From the NCBI RefSeq assembly GCF_963921235.1, contig NC_086097.1:34474001-34534000 (forward strand): a stretch of DNA of 60,000 nt. The letters run 5' to 3'. The notes beneath the pieces were generated by a model. That model was not told the origin of the DNA. It saw only the letters and a list, made by a program, of their open reading frames with translations, and searched no databases. Positions 11,561 to 23,466 of the stretch are shown piece by piece. This DNA comes from Mobula hypostoma (Eukaryota). Each line of letters opens with the position of its first letter. The first letter of the stretch is position 1. The translations under genes and the position numbers were made by a program.

Positions 11561-14458
11561 GTGACTCAATTTAGTTTGACTTACAACTTAAAATAAAAAC
11601 ATTTTGCAATATAAGGATATTAAATGTCTGATATGAAATTGAGGCAGGAGTAGCCTCATGCACCCTTGATCCTGCTCCAACACTCGACTGGATTCATAAC
11701 TGATTCTGACCCTCGTCCAGTTTCCCATCCAATTCCTATTGTTTACTGACTCCCTTGGCATTGAAGATTCTAATGAGCTCAGCCTTAAATATACACAAAA
11801 ATATCCACAGCTCGCTGAGGTAGAACATATAATGGCTAATCTGGGCAGATTTAGAATGAGGAATCAATGCTATTTCTAATGTACATCCCAGTGGTGTCGT
11901 TTATTTAGACGGTCATGTTTCCGTCCACGAAAGGAGGAGGCAAGTCTGCAGAAGTTGTTATTGCAAATAAAGTGGGTTGAAGGAGAAGCCTAACTTGTAA
12001 CTCTACTGCTTTACTGCAGCTTTATACGAAAGGTCTTTGACCCTCAATGTCAGTCCTCCTTCTCTCTCCATAGGTGACGCCCAGCTTGCTGTGTGTTTCT
12101 AGAATGCTTTTTTTAACTTTACATTTCCAGCAACTGGAGATTTTTCTTTTTCGCTGACTTTTAACATTTGCTTAACAAGTGCTAAAGGAACGTGTGTTGA
12201 TGGCTGAATAGTACTTTCACAATAAATTTTGCTGCAAGATTTTAAAATAAATTCAACTATCAAATCACACTACAAATAAGGCCATTCACTACACTACAGA
12301 AGCCTAGTAGTGCGTTTACTGGTGATATTTAACAAGCATATTGAATTCTGAAGTTTGATTTCTAATAGCACTTCTCTTTAATGTGGTCCACTTTAAGCTT
12401 TTCTCATTAAATATTAATACATAGAAAAGTTAATTTCTTAGTCTGAAAGCAGAAACATCTCAGTTAAGGCTTGTCTAACTGTTGAGCTGTATTATCCAAT
12501 AAAGTTAAGGGAAGCATAATGGACGTAAGTTGATGTTTTTGATATGTTAAGCATATTTCACAATACATGAGGATAATACTTCTTAGTTATTACCAAAAGA
12601 AACAAACAATCAGGATCCTTTGTCATAGTCTCAGTTGTTCAATATACGGCAAGGCTGATTTAAATGAACCCATCGGCCAACAATCTGCAAGAAGGGATGT
12701 TTCTTCTTGCTGTCCTTGTCAATGACAAATCCAGACTGTAAATCAATACACTGGGTTTATCTTTCAGTGTACAGCTCAATAAATTGCACCGAGATCATTA
12801 TTAACTGTGCTAACAGAATGACGCAGCTCAGGTTAGTGTTCCTGCATTTGTTTGTTCGCTGTGCTGCTGCAAGGACGACACAGATTAATGTATGTACTTT
12901 GAGTTAGCAGTACATTTAATTATACATCAATTATACTGCAATATTGCATAACTCTCAAAATGCAGAGGGAAGCCTCGCTGTAAAACATCAGATGTGTTTA
13001 CTGGAAGTAACCACTGACTCAACAGTATTACAAATGGACACAGATTATATTCTTTCCATTTCATGTGGCTTACCCTGTAATGTCCCCAGTGTCAGCCACT
13101 TGACTTATCTTACAGCTGTCCATTAGATACACAACAACTTCTGATGAACAGGTTCCCAGAGGCTAAATTAGCTTTCTTGACATGATCTCAAAGGAAATCA
13201 CAGAGATGTTTTAGTGTGTTATTTGTTGCTGAGGAGACTGGAAGATGGGGGAGAAAACTAGCACCTGCACACATCCACAGTCAGACATTGTTAGTGTGGC
13301 ATAGAAAGGTTTAAGCTGGTATGATGCTTCAGCTGAACAATCTGTACTCACTATGAAGCCTTTCTCTTTAATGTACTGCACATTTTATTTGTAATTAATT
13401 CATGAAATCCTCTTTTGCATCTTAACATATTGTTCAAGCTGTTTCAAGAATCTGCTGCAGATGAGGAGAAAAATACCAGAAAGTATGAATTATTTATAAA
13501 TTAAAAACTTATTAGTTAAATGCTAGGGTCGATTTCATAGTGGTGCTTGCAAGAACACATGCATATTATCTGAGTGTGCTTCATTGAATCTGACAAGTAG
13601 AATTAATTATATAAATTACAAGACACTAAATTCAGTCAGTAAATTCTTATACCTCTGGAAACCTCGGACACTAGCATTACCTTTGAAGAGGCTTATTTTA
13701 GTCACAATTGTTGATAAAAATCCAATTGGACTTGATTTATTGGCCTTCCACAACACCATCAAACTACCTCTGAACAACTTCCACATTTTAGTTTGCCTTC
13801 CAGAAATGTAAAGGATTGTTTCTTCAAGTTCCTGCCGACTTCTTAATCACAACAACCTTCTATGAATTCTCCATTCTTTCTTCATTTAGCTCTACATTCT
13901 AAAAGTTTTACCTTGAGCACCTGTACCAGTCTATTCCTTTAAAACTCCTCTCAAAATCTACTTCTGAGGTCAAGCTTTCAGTTGCTAATTCAACCTGCCC
14001 CAGATTGTCATCAATTCTTTCAATAAGCTTCAGTAAAATGCAGCAGATTGTTTAAGACTGGATAAAGGCATTACGTTGTAGTTATACATTTAAATTATGC
14101 AACTCTAACAGAAAAATACACTCAGTGGCCACTTTATCCTGTAGCTAATAAAGTGGTCACTGAGTTTATATTATGGTCTTCTGTTGATGTAGCGCATCCA
14201 CTTCAAAGTCTGGTGTGTTGTGCATTCAGAGATGCTCTTCTGCACACCACTGTTGCAATGAGTGGTTATTTGAGTTACTGTCACCTTCCTGTCAGCTTGA
14301 ATCAATCTGGCCATTCTCCTCCTCTCATTAACAAGGCATTTTCCCCCACAGAACAGCCACTCATTTGTTTTTATTTTTGTTTTTCGCACCACTCTCTGTA
14401 ATCTCTAGAGTCTGCTGTGCATGAAACTCCCATGGGATCAGCAGTTTCTGAGATATTA

Positions 14459-17400
14459 GATACGGGAATGAAAGGAACAGCAGTTATAGTGGGTGACTTC
14501 AATCTACATTAAGATTGGGTGAACCAAATTGGTATGGGTGCTGAGGAAGAGGATTTCTTGGAATGTATGCGGGGTAGTTTTCTGAACCAACATGTCGAGG
14601 AACCAACTAGAGAGCAGGCCATTCTAGACTGGGTTTTGAGCAATGAGGAAGGGTTTGTTAGCAATCTTGGCGTGCCAGGCCCCTTGGGTAAGAGTGACCA
14701 TAATATGGTGGAATTCTTCATTAAGATGGAGAGTGATATAGTTAATTCAGAAACAAAGGTTCTGAACTTAAAGAAGGGTAACTCTGAAGGTATGAGACAT
14801 GAACTAGCTAAGATAGACTGGCAAATGATACTTAAAGGGTTGACGGTGGATATGCAATGGCAAGCATTTAAAAATCGCATGGATGAACTACAACAATTGT
14901 TCATCCCAGTTTGGCAAAAGAATAAACCAGGGAAGGTCGTGCACCCGTGGCTGACAAGGGAAAATAGGGATAGTATCAATTCCAAAGAAGAAACATACAA
15001 ATTAGCCAGAAAAAGCGGCATATCTTAGGACTGGGAGAAATTCAGAGTCCAGCAGAGGAGGACAAAGGGCTTAATTAGGAAAGGGAAAAAAGATTATGAG
15101 AGAAAGCTGGCAGGGAACATAAAAACTGACTGTAAAAGCTTTTATAGATATGTGAAAAGAAAAAGATTGGCTAAGACAAATGTAGGTCCCTTACAGTCAG
15201 AAACAGATGAAATGATCATGGGGAACAAGGACATGGCAGACCAATTGAATAACTACTTTGGTTCCGTCTTCACTAAGGAGGACGTAAATAATCTTCCGGA
15301 AATAGTAGGGGACCGAGGGTCTAGTGAGATGGAGGAACTGAGGGAAATACATATTAGGAGGGAAGTGGTGTTAGGTAAATTGAAGGGATTAAAGGCAGAT
15401 GAATCCCCAGGGCCAGATGGTCTGCATCCCAGAGTGCTTAAGGAAGTAGCCCAAGAAATAATGGATGCTTTAGTGATAATTTTTCAAAACTTTTTAGATT
15501 CTGGATTAGTTCCTGAGGATTGGAGGGTGGCTAATGTAACCCCGCTTTTTAAAAAAGGAAGGAGAGGGAAAATGGGAAATTATAGACCGGTAAGCCTGAC
15601 ATTGGTGGTGGGGAAAATGCTAGAGTCAGTTATCAAAGATGTGATAACAGCACATTTGGAAAGCAGTGAAATCATCGGACAAAGTCAGCATGGATTTGTG
15701 AAAGGAAAATCATGTCTGACAAATCTCAAAGAATTTTTTGAGGATGTATCTAGTAGAACAGATAGGGGAGAACCAGTGGATGTGGTATATTTGGATTTTC
15801 AAAACGCTTTTGACAAGGTCCCACACAGGAGATTAGTGTGCAAACTTAAAGCACACGGTATTGGGGGTAAGGTATTGGTGTGGATAGAGAATTGGTTGGC
15901 AGACAGGAAGCAAAGAGTGGGAATAAACAGGACCTTTTCAGAATGGCAGGCGGTGACTAGTGGGGTACCGCAAGGCTCAGTGCTGGGACCCCAGTTGTTT
16001 ACAATATATATTAATGACTTGGATGAGGTAATTAAATGCAGCATCTCCAAGTTTGCAGATGACATGAAGCTGGGTGGCAGTGTTAGCTGTGAGGAGGATG
16101 CTAAGAGGATGCAGGGTGACTTGGATAGGTTGAGTGAGTGGGCAAATTCATGGCAGATGCAATTTAATGTGGATAAATGTGAAGTTATCCACTTTGGTGG
16201 CAAAAATAGGAAAACAGATTATTATCTGAATGGTGGCTGATTAGGAAAAGGGGAGGTGCAACAAGACCTGGGTGTCATTGTACACCAGTCATTCAAAGTG
16301 GGCATGCAGGTACAGCAGGCGGTGAAAAAGGCGAATAGTATGCTTGGTATGCTGGCATTCATAGCAAGAGGATTCAAGTACAGGAGCAGGGAGGTACTAC
16401 TGCAGTTGTACAAGGCCTTGGTGAGACCACACCTGGAGTATTGTGTGCAGTTTTGTTCCCCTAATCTGAGGAAAGATATTCTTGCCACAGAGGGAGTACA
16501 AAGAAGGTTCACCAGATTGATTCCTGGGTTGGCAGGACTTTCATATGATGAAAGACTGGATTGACTAGGCTTGTACTCGTTGGAATTTAGAAGATTGAGG
16601 GGGGATCTGATTGAAACATATAAAATCCTAAAGGGATTGGACAGGCTAGATGCAGGAAGATTGTTCCCGATGTTGGGGAAGTCCAGAACGAGGGGTCACA
16701 GTTTGAGGATAAGGGGGAAGCCTTTTAGGACCGAGATGAGGAAAAACTTCTTCACACAGAGTGGTGAATCTGTGGAATTCTCTGCCACAGGAAACAGTTG
16801 AAGCCAGTTCATTGGCTATAATCCTCCGGCGGGAGGAGAGAGAGCAGCGCACTGTGCATGCGCAGCCCTCAGGTGAAAAATGATATTGTATCCGTTAAAT
16901 AGGGGCTATGGACAATTCTGATTTGATGGAGAGGGACGTGAAAGTACAGAGGAACATCTGGAGAAATTTTTAAAACGCTCGTTCGCTGCTGTCGTTACTG
17001 CGTGGTCGGGAATCTTTCAGAGGGTAGGCCTCAAAATCCCCGGCTTTGCCTGCTGTTGGTGACCAAGATTGAGGTCGAACCGTTCGGATAGAGATGGCGC
17101 TCAGTACTCAGTGTCGGAGAGCTGATCAGAGCTCGAAGTTTTCGGATGACTCAGAGTCGGACTGTGGTCGGCATGGCAGGAAGAGTTCTTCCTTCTCCCG
17201 TCTGCGTGAGATGTGGGACATTTGAGGAACTTTGAACTTTTACTGTGCTCATGGACTTCTTCATCAAGTTATGGTGTTGTTGCACTGTTGTAACTATATG
17301 TTATAATTATGTGGTTTTGTCAGTTTTTCAGTCTTGGTCTGTCCTGTGTTTTGTGATATCACACCGGAGGAAATATTGTATCATTTCTTAATGCAAGCAG

Positions 17401-17632
17401 TACTAAATGACAATAAAAGAGGACTGCATGTCTTCATAATCTAATCTAATCTAATATTTAAGAGGGAGTTAGATATGGCCCTTGTGGCTAAAGGGATCAG
17501 GGGGTTTGGAGAGAAGGCAGGTACGGGGTTCTGAGTTGGATGATCAGCCATGATTGTACTGAATGGCGGTGCAGGCTCGAAGGGCCGAATGGCCTACTCC
17601 TGCACCTATTTTCTATGTTTCTATGTTTCTAT
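14459..17632 (+). mobile_element. Young 5'-truncated CR1 LINE (endonuclease C-terminal half, RT, 3' UTR)
   Basis: GDFN, SDH, NYRPVSLT, DFQNAFDKVPH, GVPQGSVLGP and FADD motifs; (TTTCTATG)n tail; four track ORFs in one frame. Confidence 0.95.
16821..17455 (+). mobile_element. Non-coding retroposon with AATAAA and (CTAAT)n tail, inserted in the CR1 3' end
   Basis: Interrupts CR1 text ggctata|...|tttaagagggag; homologous to the copy at 17839-18517. Confidence 0.8.
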
Positions 17633-17838
17633 TACATGACGAGCGATTGATGGCTCACCCTCTTTGGCACCAACAATCACTCCACAGTCAAAGTCACTTC
17701 GGTCTCATTTCTTCCCCATTCTGATGCTTGGTCTGAACCTCTTGACCATGTCTGCTTGCTTTTATGCATTGACTTACTGCCACATGATTGGCTGATTAGA
17801 TATTTGCATTAAAAAGCAGGTGTATGGGTGTACCTAAT

Positions 17839-18517
17839 TAGATTAGATTAGATTATGAGGACACTCAGTCCTCGTTTATTGTCATTTAGAAATCCATGCA
17901 TTAACAAATGATACAATGTTCCTCCAGAAGGATATCACAGGAACACAGGACAAACCAACACTAAAACTGACAAAACCACATAATTATAACATATAGTTAC
18001 AACAGTGCAAAGCAATACCGTAATTTGATAAAGAGCAGACCATGGGCACGGTTAAAAAAAAGTCTCAAAGTCCCGATAGCATCATCATCTCACGCAGACG
18101 GTAGAAGGGAGAAACTCTCCCTGCCATGAACCTCCAAGCGCCGCAAACTTGCCGATGCCGCACCATTGGAAGCACCTGACCGCAGCGGACTCTGAGTCCG
18201 TCTGAAAACTTCGAGGCTCCGACCAGCCCTTTGACACCGAGCACCGAGTACCATCCTCTGCCGAGCGCTTAACCCCAGCTCCGGCCGCCGAGCAGCAAGC
18301 AAAGCCAAGGACTCGGGGCCTTCCTCTCCGGAGATTTCGGACCACACAGTAGCAGCGGCAGCGAAACAGGCATTTCAGAAGTTTCACCAGATGTTCCTCC
18401 ATGCTCTCACGTCCGTCTCCGTCAGATCAGGATTGTGCACAGCACCCTACTTGACAAATAACAGACATCACCACCGGAGTGACCGCTGCGAGCTGCGTTG
18501 CGCCGCCATCTTCTCAT
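17839..18517 (-). mobile_element. Second, related non-coding retroposon inserted in the right TIR of the Tc1 element
   Basis: (ATTAG)n tail on +; 5' end AAGATGGCGGCG; CTAAT duplicated at 17834-17838 and 18518-18522. Confidence 0.8.
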
Positions 18518-19030
18518 CTAATAAAGAGGCCAATGAGTGTATCATTGGTCTGGAAAGTGGACGAAGTGTGCAATGTGGCTACAAAAGGAAGTGCTACCTT
18601 AGGGTTGGTGGTTATGTCATATAGTTATACCTTACAGCATGGCTTGTACATGCTTGCAGTTCGTTTGAAGATCCATAGCCATGAATAAGTGCTCTGTCTA
18701 TTTGAATCTCCATGTCTAAGTAACTAAATAGTGACTTTCATACTTAGTTCTAAGAAGCATTTTAAAACATCTTGCAATACACTACACAGGGAAATGTACA
18801 TCTTTTGCTTTATCAGATACTTTTCCTGGAGAAGCAAGGCAGAAGTGCCAATCAAACATCAGCTCTCTGTCCCACTTCTCCCACCCTGGCCTCCATTCTC
18901 CACCATTAATCTGGGGGTGAAAAAGTATAATGTTTGCTGATAGGGAGAGGCAGCAGTGATATTCTCTGTTAACTCTAGAGACTGTTCTGCATGAAACTTC
19001 CAAGGGATCAGCAGTTTTTGAGATACTCAA

Positions 19031-19485
19031 TTGAGGATTGAAAGGTTTGTCATACGAGGAGCATTTGATGGCCCTGGGTCTGTACTCACTGGAATTCAGA
19101 AGAATGAGAGGGCATCACATTAAAACCTACCAAATGTTGAAAGGCCTCGATAGAGTAGATGTGGGGAGGATGCCTCATATACTGGGAGAGTCTAAGACTA
19201 GAGAACACAGCCACAAAATAGAGGGATGTCCATTTAGAATGGAGATGAGGAGGAATTTCTTTAGCCAGGGAACGGTGAATCTGTGGAATTTGTTGACACA
19301 AGTGCCAGTAGAGGCCCAGACATTCAGTATATTTAAGGCAGGTAGATTCTTGATTGATCAGGGAATGAAGGGTTACATGGAGAAGACAGGAGATTGGGGC
19401 TGAGAAGGAAATGAATCAGCCATGATGAAATGCTAGAGCAGACTCGATGGGCCAAATAGCATAATTCTGCATCTGTATCTTATAT
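19031..19485 (+). mobile_element. CR1 LINE 3' fragment, preceded by a short Tc1-family fragment (about 18962-19030)
   Basis: ORF 19038..19403 (GLSYEEHL..LGLYSLEFRRMRG, RRNFFSQ). Confidence 0.85.
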
Positions 19486-19629
19486 TTTAAATTGCAGTGG
19501 AAGTTTTGAATTTTTATTAACTTATGGAAAATTGAGAAAAACAACTTACATTTTTAGATATGAGCACATCTATTTTTACGTATGCTTGGGTTCCTACAGA
19601 AATCTTGAATTCGAAGCACTTTTGTAGGT

Positions 19630-19870
19630 TAGGAAGCTCTAACCAATTAGTGCACAGTGAGCTCCCCCAGACAGAAATCTAGTAATGAACACATATTTTA
19701 GCAATGCCATTCGAAGGGTTGAATACTGACCAGTCACCCAGATGATCTCCTGTTGTCCTCCTAATCCTGGCATGCAGAACAGATGTTTCATCCCAAAGGC
19801 AACGCCTCTACTATTGCTACAATCTTTTCTACAGTATTTACATTAGCCCAGAGTTTGTGCTGGAAATTCC
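19630..19870 (-). mobile_element. Ancient Deu-domain SINE remnant (SacSINE1/AmnSINE1-like)
   Basis: gggttgaatactgaccagtcaccc...gtttcatcccaaaggcaacgcctc...agcccagagtttgtgct follows the Deu-domain consensus order as recalled; not aligned. Confidence 0.5.
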
Positions 19871-20998
19871 ACAGAACACATTCAAATTAATTATGAAATA
19901 GAGATTTAACTTATTGCTCATATGTGATATGGCTGAGATATTGCCAGTTGACTAGCCCAGGGCTACCAATTTGATCTAATTTAAAATTATTTGTATAGGC
20001 TAATCTAAGTTTAATTAACTTATACTCATAAAACCAAAAGTCAGCGTTGATTTATTTTGAAATACGCTCACAACTTTGCGGCCACTAACCCAGGGTAATA
20101 AAATCCCTACGTTTCGTAGGCCTTCCTCTGTGCCATGGTGTTGACTAATAAAGTCCTGTTGATCTGTGAGGCACTTGAGGTCTAGGTTTTCCTGGTTTTG
20201 ATAAATGTAAGCAAAATTCCTCACTCTTCTCCTTCTCATCTGTGACCTCCATCAGAACCCCAACCAAGGAAGTAAGCAGGCTTTCAAACAGGGCACGTAT
20301 CAATTGCATAATCTCACAGCTGAGGACACAGTTGCCAAGCAACAATTTATGAAGCACTTATCAACTGATCATTTTTATCAGAGTCTAGAGATTTGAACTG
20401 CATTGGCACACTTCTATACCATAAGAAAGTGCTATTTCAAAAGCTCTATAGCTATTTATAATTGGAATAAAATTATAATTGAATTTTCTTTGGAGTTAAA
20501 TTTGACTTCAACTTCAACAAATGCTTATGAAAAGATAAATTCGAATTTTAATCTTATCTATTCCAATGTCTTGGTGGTTATTATAATGGTTTAACTAGCA
20601 ATGGCTAAGATGATAAATATTATAATTTCTGTTGATTTCACTGAACCCCGTGGACATAACATTCAGACTGAACTGGAGCTTGACAGCTGTGAACCGTCTG
20701 CTCCCACTGCTGACTTCCATGGTAAGGGCATATTTTCCTTTGTGAATCCACTGGTATGAGTTTGCGATCCAAAAGTATCCTGATCCTAAATGATTTAGCA
20801 TTTCATAGCAGCAGGATGTTATACAATTTAAAGCCTCAAAGTTTAAAAAAAAATTGACAATCAATGGAAACACGCCCTGGCTTAGTTTCCTGTCAAAACC
20901 ATTAAGGGTATTAATTATCTCTGCCTGATAGAAGCATTCCAAAATATTCCAAACCTATTGTAAAATCAATGAAACAATTTTTACAAAATAGTTGGCAA

Positions 20999-21925
20999 GA
21001 CTGGAGTTCGAGGCCTAATGTTCAGGGTCCCAGTTATTGGAGAGTCTGGAGTTCGAGGCCTAGTGTCAGGGTCCCAGTCACAAACATCCCACCCTGCAAA
21101 AACTCATTTCATGGAGGTAGCACCATCAATTTGTGGGAGATTCCCAGAACTTCTGGGAGAGGTGGAATGTCTGCAAAAGAGTAGCTCCTTAGCGGCCAGC
21201 CAGCTAGTTTAAATAACGTTAGCTATGCTAATGAATGAATGACACCTGTTAAACTTACCTCAACATGTCTTTTACAGTCTTAACCCACCATGGGCAATAG
21301 AAAAGTCACTGTTGCAAACAGTGCAGCGAGCAACACTGTCATTATTTTTGACCCCTATTAGGCAGGGGTACACTTTAGTGTAGTCTGGGGTGAAGTACGT
21401 TTTATATTTTCTTTTTTTGGAACACTCTGCCATGGCGCTCTCTCTCTCTCACTCTCGTTCTCTCTCGCTCTCACGCTCGCACCTTCTCTCGCACTCTCTC
21501 TCATTCTCACGCTCGTGCTCTCTCTCTCTGTCTCTCACGCGCTCTCTCGCGCTTTCTCTCTCTCTCTCGCTCGCTCTCAAAAAAATTGTTTTCTGGGATA
21601 TTGTATATAATTTGCGGGCATCAGGGAGCCACTATCAATATGCGGGAGACTCCCGGAACTTCCGGGAGAGGTGGGATGTCTGCAGTCATTTGGAGAGTCT
21701 AGAGTTGGAGGCCTAGTGTTCAGGTTCCCAGTCATTAGAGAGTCAGGAATTCAAGACCTAGTGTTCAGAGTTCCAGTTATTAAAGAGTCTGGAGTTTGAG
21801 GCCTAGTGTTCAGAGTTCCAGTTATTAAAGAGTCTGGAATTTGAGGCCTAGCGTCCAGGGTTCCCACTTCAGAGAGTCTGGAGCTTGAAACCTAGTGTTC
21901 AGGGTCCCAGTTATCAGAGAGTTTG
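20999..21925 (+). repeat. 45-bp tandem repeat (about 7 units), split by a MITE
   Basis: Unit gagagtctggagttcgaggcctagtgttcagggtcccagttatt(a/g). Confidence 0.9.
21081..21682. mobile_element. MITE with CA(G/A)ACATCCCACC TIRs, internal (CT)n/(CTCG)n tract and a 6-bp TSD
   Basis: caaacatcccacc ... ggtgggatgtctg; CAGTCA at 21075-21080 and 21683-21688. Confidence 0.85.
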
Positions 21926-21954
21926 TTCAGAGTCCTCATTTGTTATTATCGGTA

Positions 21955-22195
21955 ATGTTTACTCAGAGAGTGGTGGCTGTGTGGAACGAGCTTCTAGTAG
22001 AAGTGGTAGAGGCAGGGTCGATTTTGTCATTTAAAAAAAAATTGGATAGGTATTTGGACAGGAAAGGAATGGAAGGTTATGGGCTGAGTGCAGGTAGATG
22101 GGACTAGGTGAGAGTAAGCATTCAGCACAGACTAGAAGGGCCGAGATGGCCTGTTTCCATGCTGTAATTGTTATATGGTTATATGTTATATGGTA
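21955..22195 (+). mobile_element. CR1 LINE 3' end
   Basis: FTQRVVAVWNEL...FKKKLDRY; (GTTATATG)n tail. Confidence 0.85.
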
Positions 22196-22591
22196 AGTCT
22201 TGGGGTTGAAACCAAAGATCAAAGCCCTAATGTCCATCAGAAGTCTGTAAGGCAAGGCCTGATGACCAGAACCCTGGGTCACCCAGCTGCTTGTCCACTG
22301 GGGAAGATGAAGACCCAATATCTGTAAATCCATGAGTCCACTGGAGGCTGGAATCAGCCTGCCCTGGGGTTGGAGTACTGTGTGTGTGTGTCTGGGTGGG
22401 AGGGTGGGAGAGAGAAACTACATTCGCTATTCTGTTGTTCTGTTGTGGTTGCTTGTGATGTTCTATGGTTGGTGCCAGAACATGTGCCATCACGTGCATG
22501 CTACCCCCAACACATCCTTAGGTTGTGTTGGTTGTTAATGCAAATGGCATATTTCACTGGATGTTTCAGTGTACTTGTGATGAATGAATTA

Positions 22592-23466
22592 ACAAATCAA
22601 ATCAAAACAAGTGTAATTATCATTCAGGCCATACATGGATACAGTCGAATGAAACAGTGTTCCTCTGGGGCCCAGGTGCTGAACATACATTCAAAATAGT
22701 GAGAGAAAAAGCACACACACATTGTTATGCAAGAAAACACATGTATAGTGCAAGACTGAGCGACATGCAAATTGATAGTACAGGAGCCGGCAATCTGGCC
22801 TGTCATTCCGCCGATTGAACACTGGGGGGGGGGGGGGCAGCACTGATGGGAGGGGCCAGCTCCCAGTCGAGCACAGTCTCCACGCTACACCACTTCCAGG
22901 GTTGTCTCACCTGGAGTGCAGCTGCAGGCAAACCCTCTTTAGGCTTTGGCCTTGCTACAACCAAGGCCATGCTGCTGCCTCATCGCCTGTCTCCCCACAA
23001 GACAAGGAAAACCAGCCTGCAGCATCTCACATTATCAATGTCCAACAGGGACTTGTGATTTGCAAGAGAAACATCCAGGACAATCACTCACAGTTACACT
23101 GCCCGCTATTTTCACACACCTGCTCCAACCTCTTCGAATAGCAGGCAGCAGCATGGTCTGCACCCAGGTCTGAACCTTCTCCCAGGCGAGCACCGGCTTC
23201 ACCTTCTCCCGGCCCGTCTACCGGCTTCACCTTCTCTGACCCGATCATCTGCCAGCATCTCCTTCTCCGACTCGTCCACTGGCTGCTTCGACACCCCGGC
23301 CAGCACCTCCGAACAACAAGCAGATCACTGATGCGGGAGACCTGCTGTACCCATCATTCCTGGAGTCCAGTATGGTCTTACGATCATGAGAAACACATTT
23401 TAAAAAGGAAAGTGCACCTTCGTTTGGCCGCTGAGAGGCTGCTGCATTTGAACACGCCGCCATCTT
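22592..23466 (-). mobile_element. Non-coding GC-rich retroposon beginning AAGATGGCGGCG with a (TTGAT)-like tail
   Basis: Same 5' motif as the element at 17839-18517; internal accggcttcaccttctc repeats. Confidence 0.6.

Larger units (their letters stand above)
14119..18539 (-). mobile_element. Internally deleted Tc1-like transposon expanded by three nested insertions
   Basis: TA|CACTCAGTGGCCACTTTAT ... ATAAAGAGGCCAATGAGTG|TA; ORF 14171..14392 resembles a Tc1 transposase HTH region; collinear with the copy at 24247-25291. Confidence 0.85.

Noticed and set aside
15152..16240. Functional or domesticated reverse transcriptase gene
   Set aside because: Part of a 5'-truncated CR1 with in-frame stops on both sides
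14509..16512. Minus-strand ORFs of 170, 134 and 96 aa
   Set aside because: Antisense shadows of the CR1 ORF2
21390..21716. Ser/Leu/Arg-rich 108-aa ORF
   Set aside because: Translation of the (CT)n/(CTCG)n tract inside a MITE
20999..21925. CRISPR-like array
   Set aside because: Units are contiguous with no unique spacers, there are no cas genes, and the context is eukaryotic
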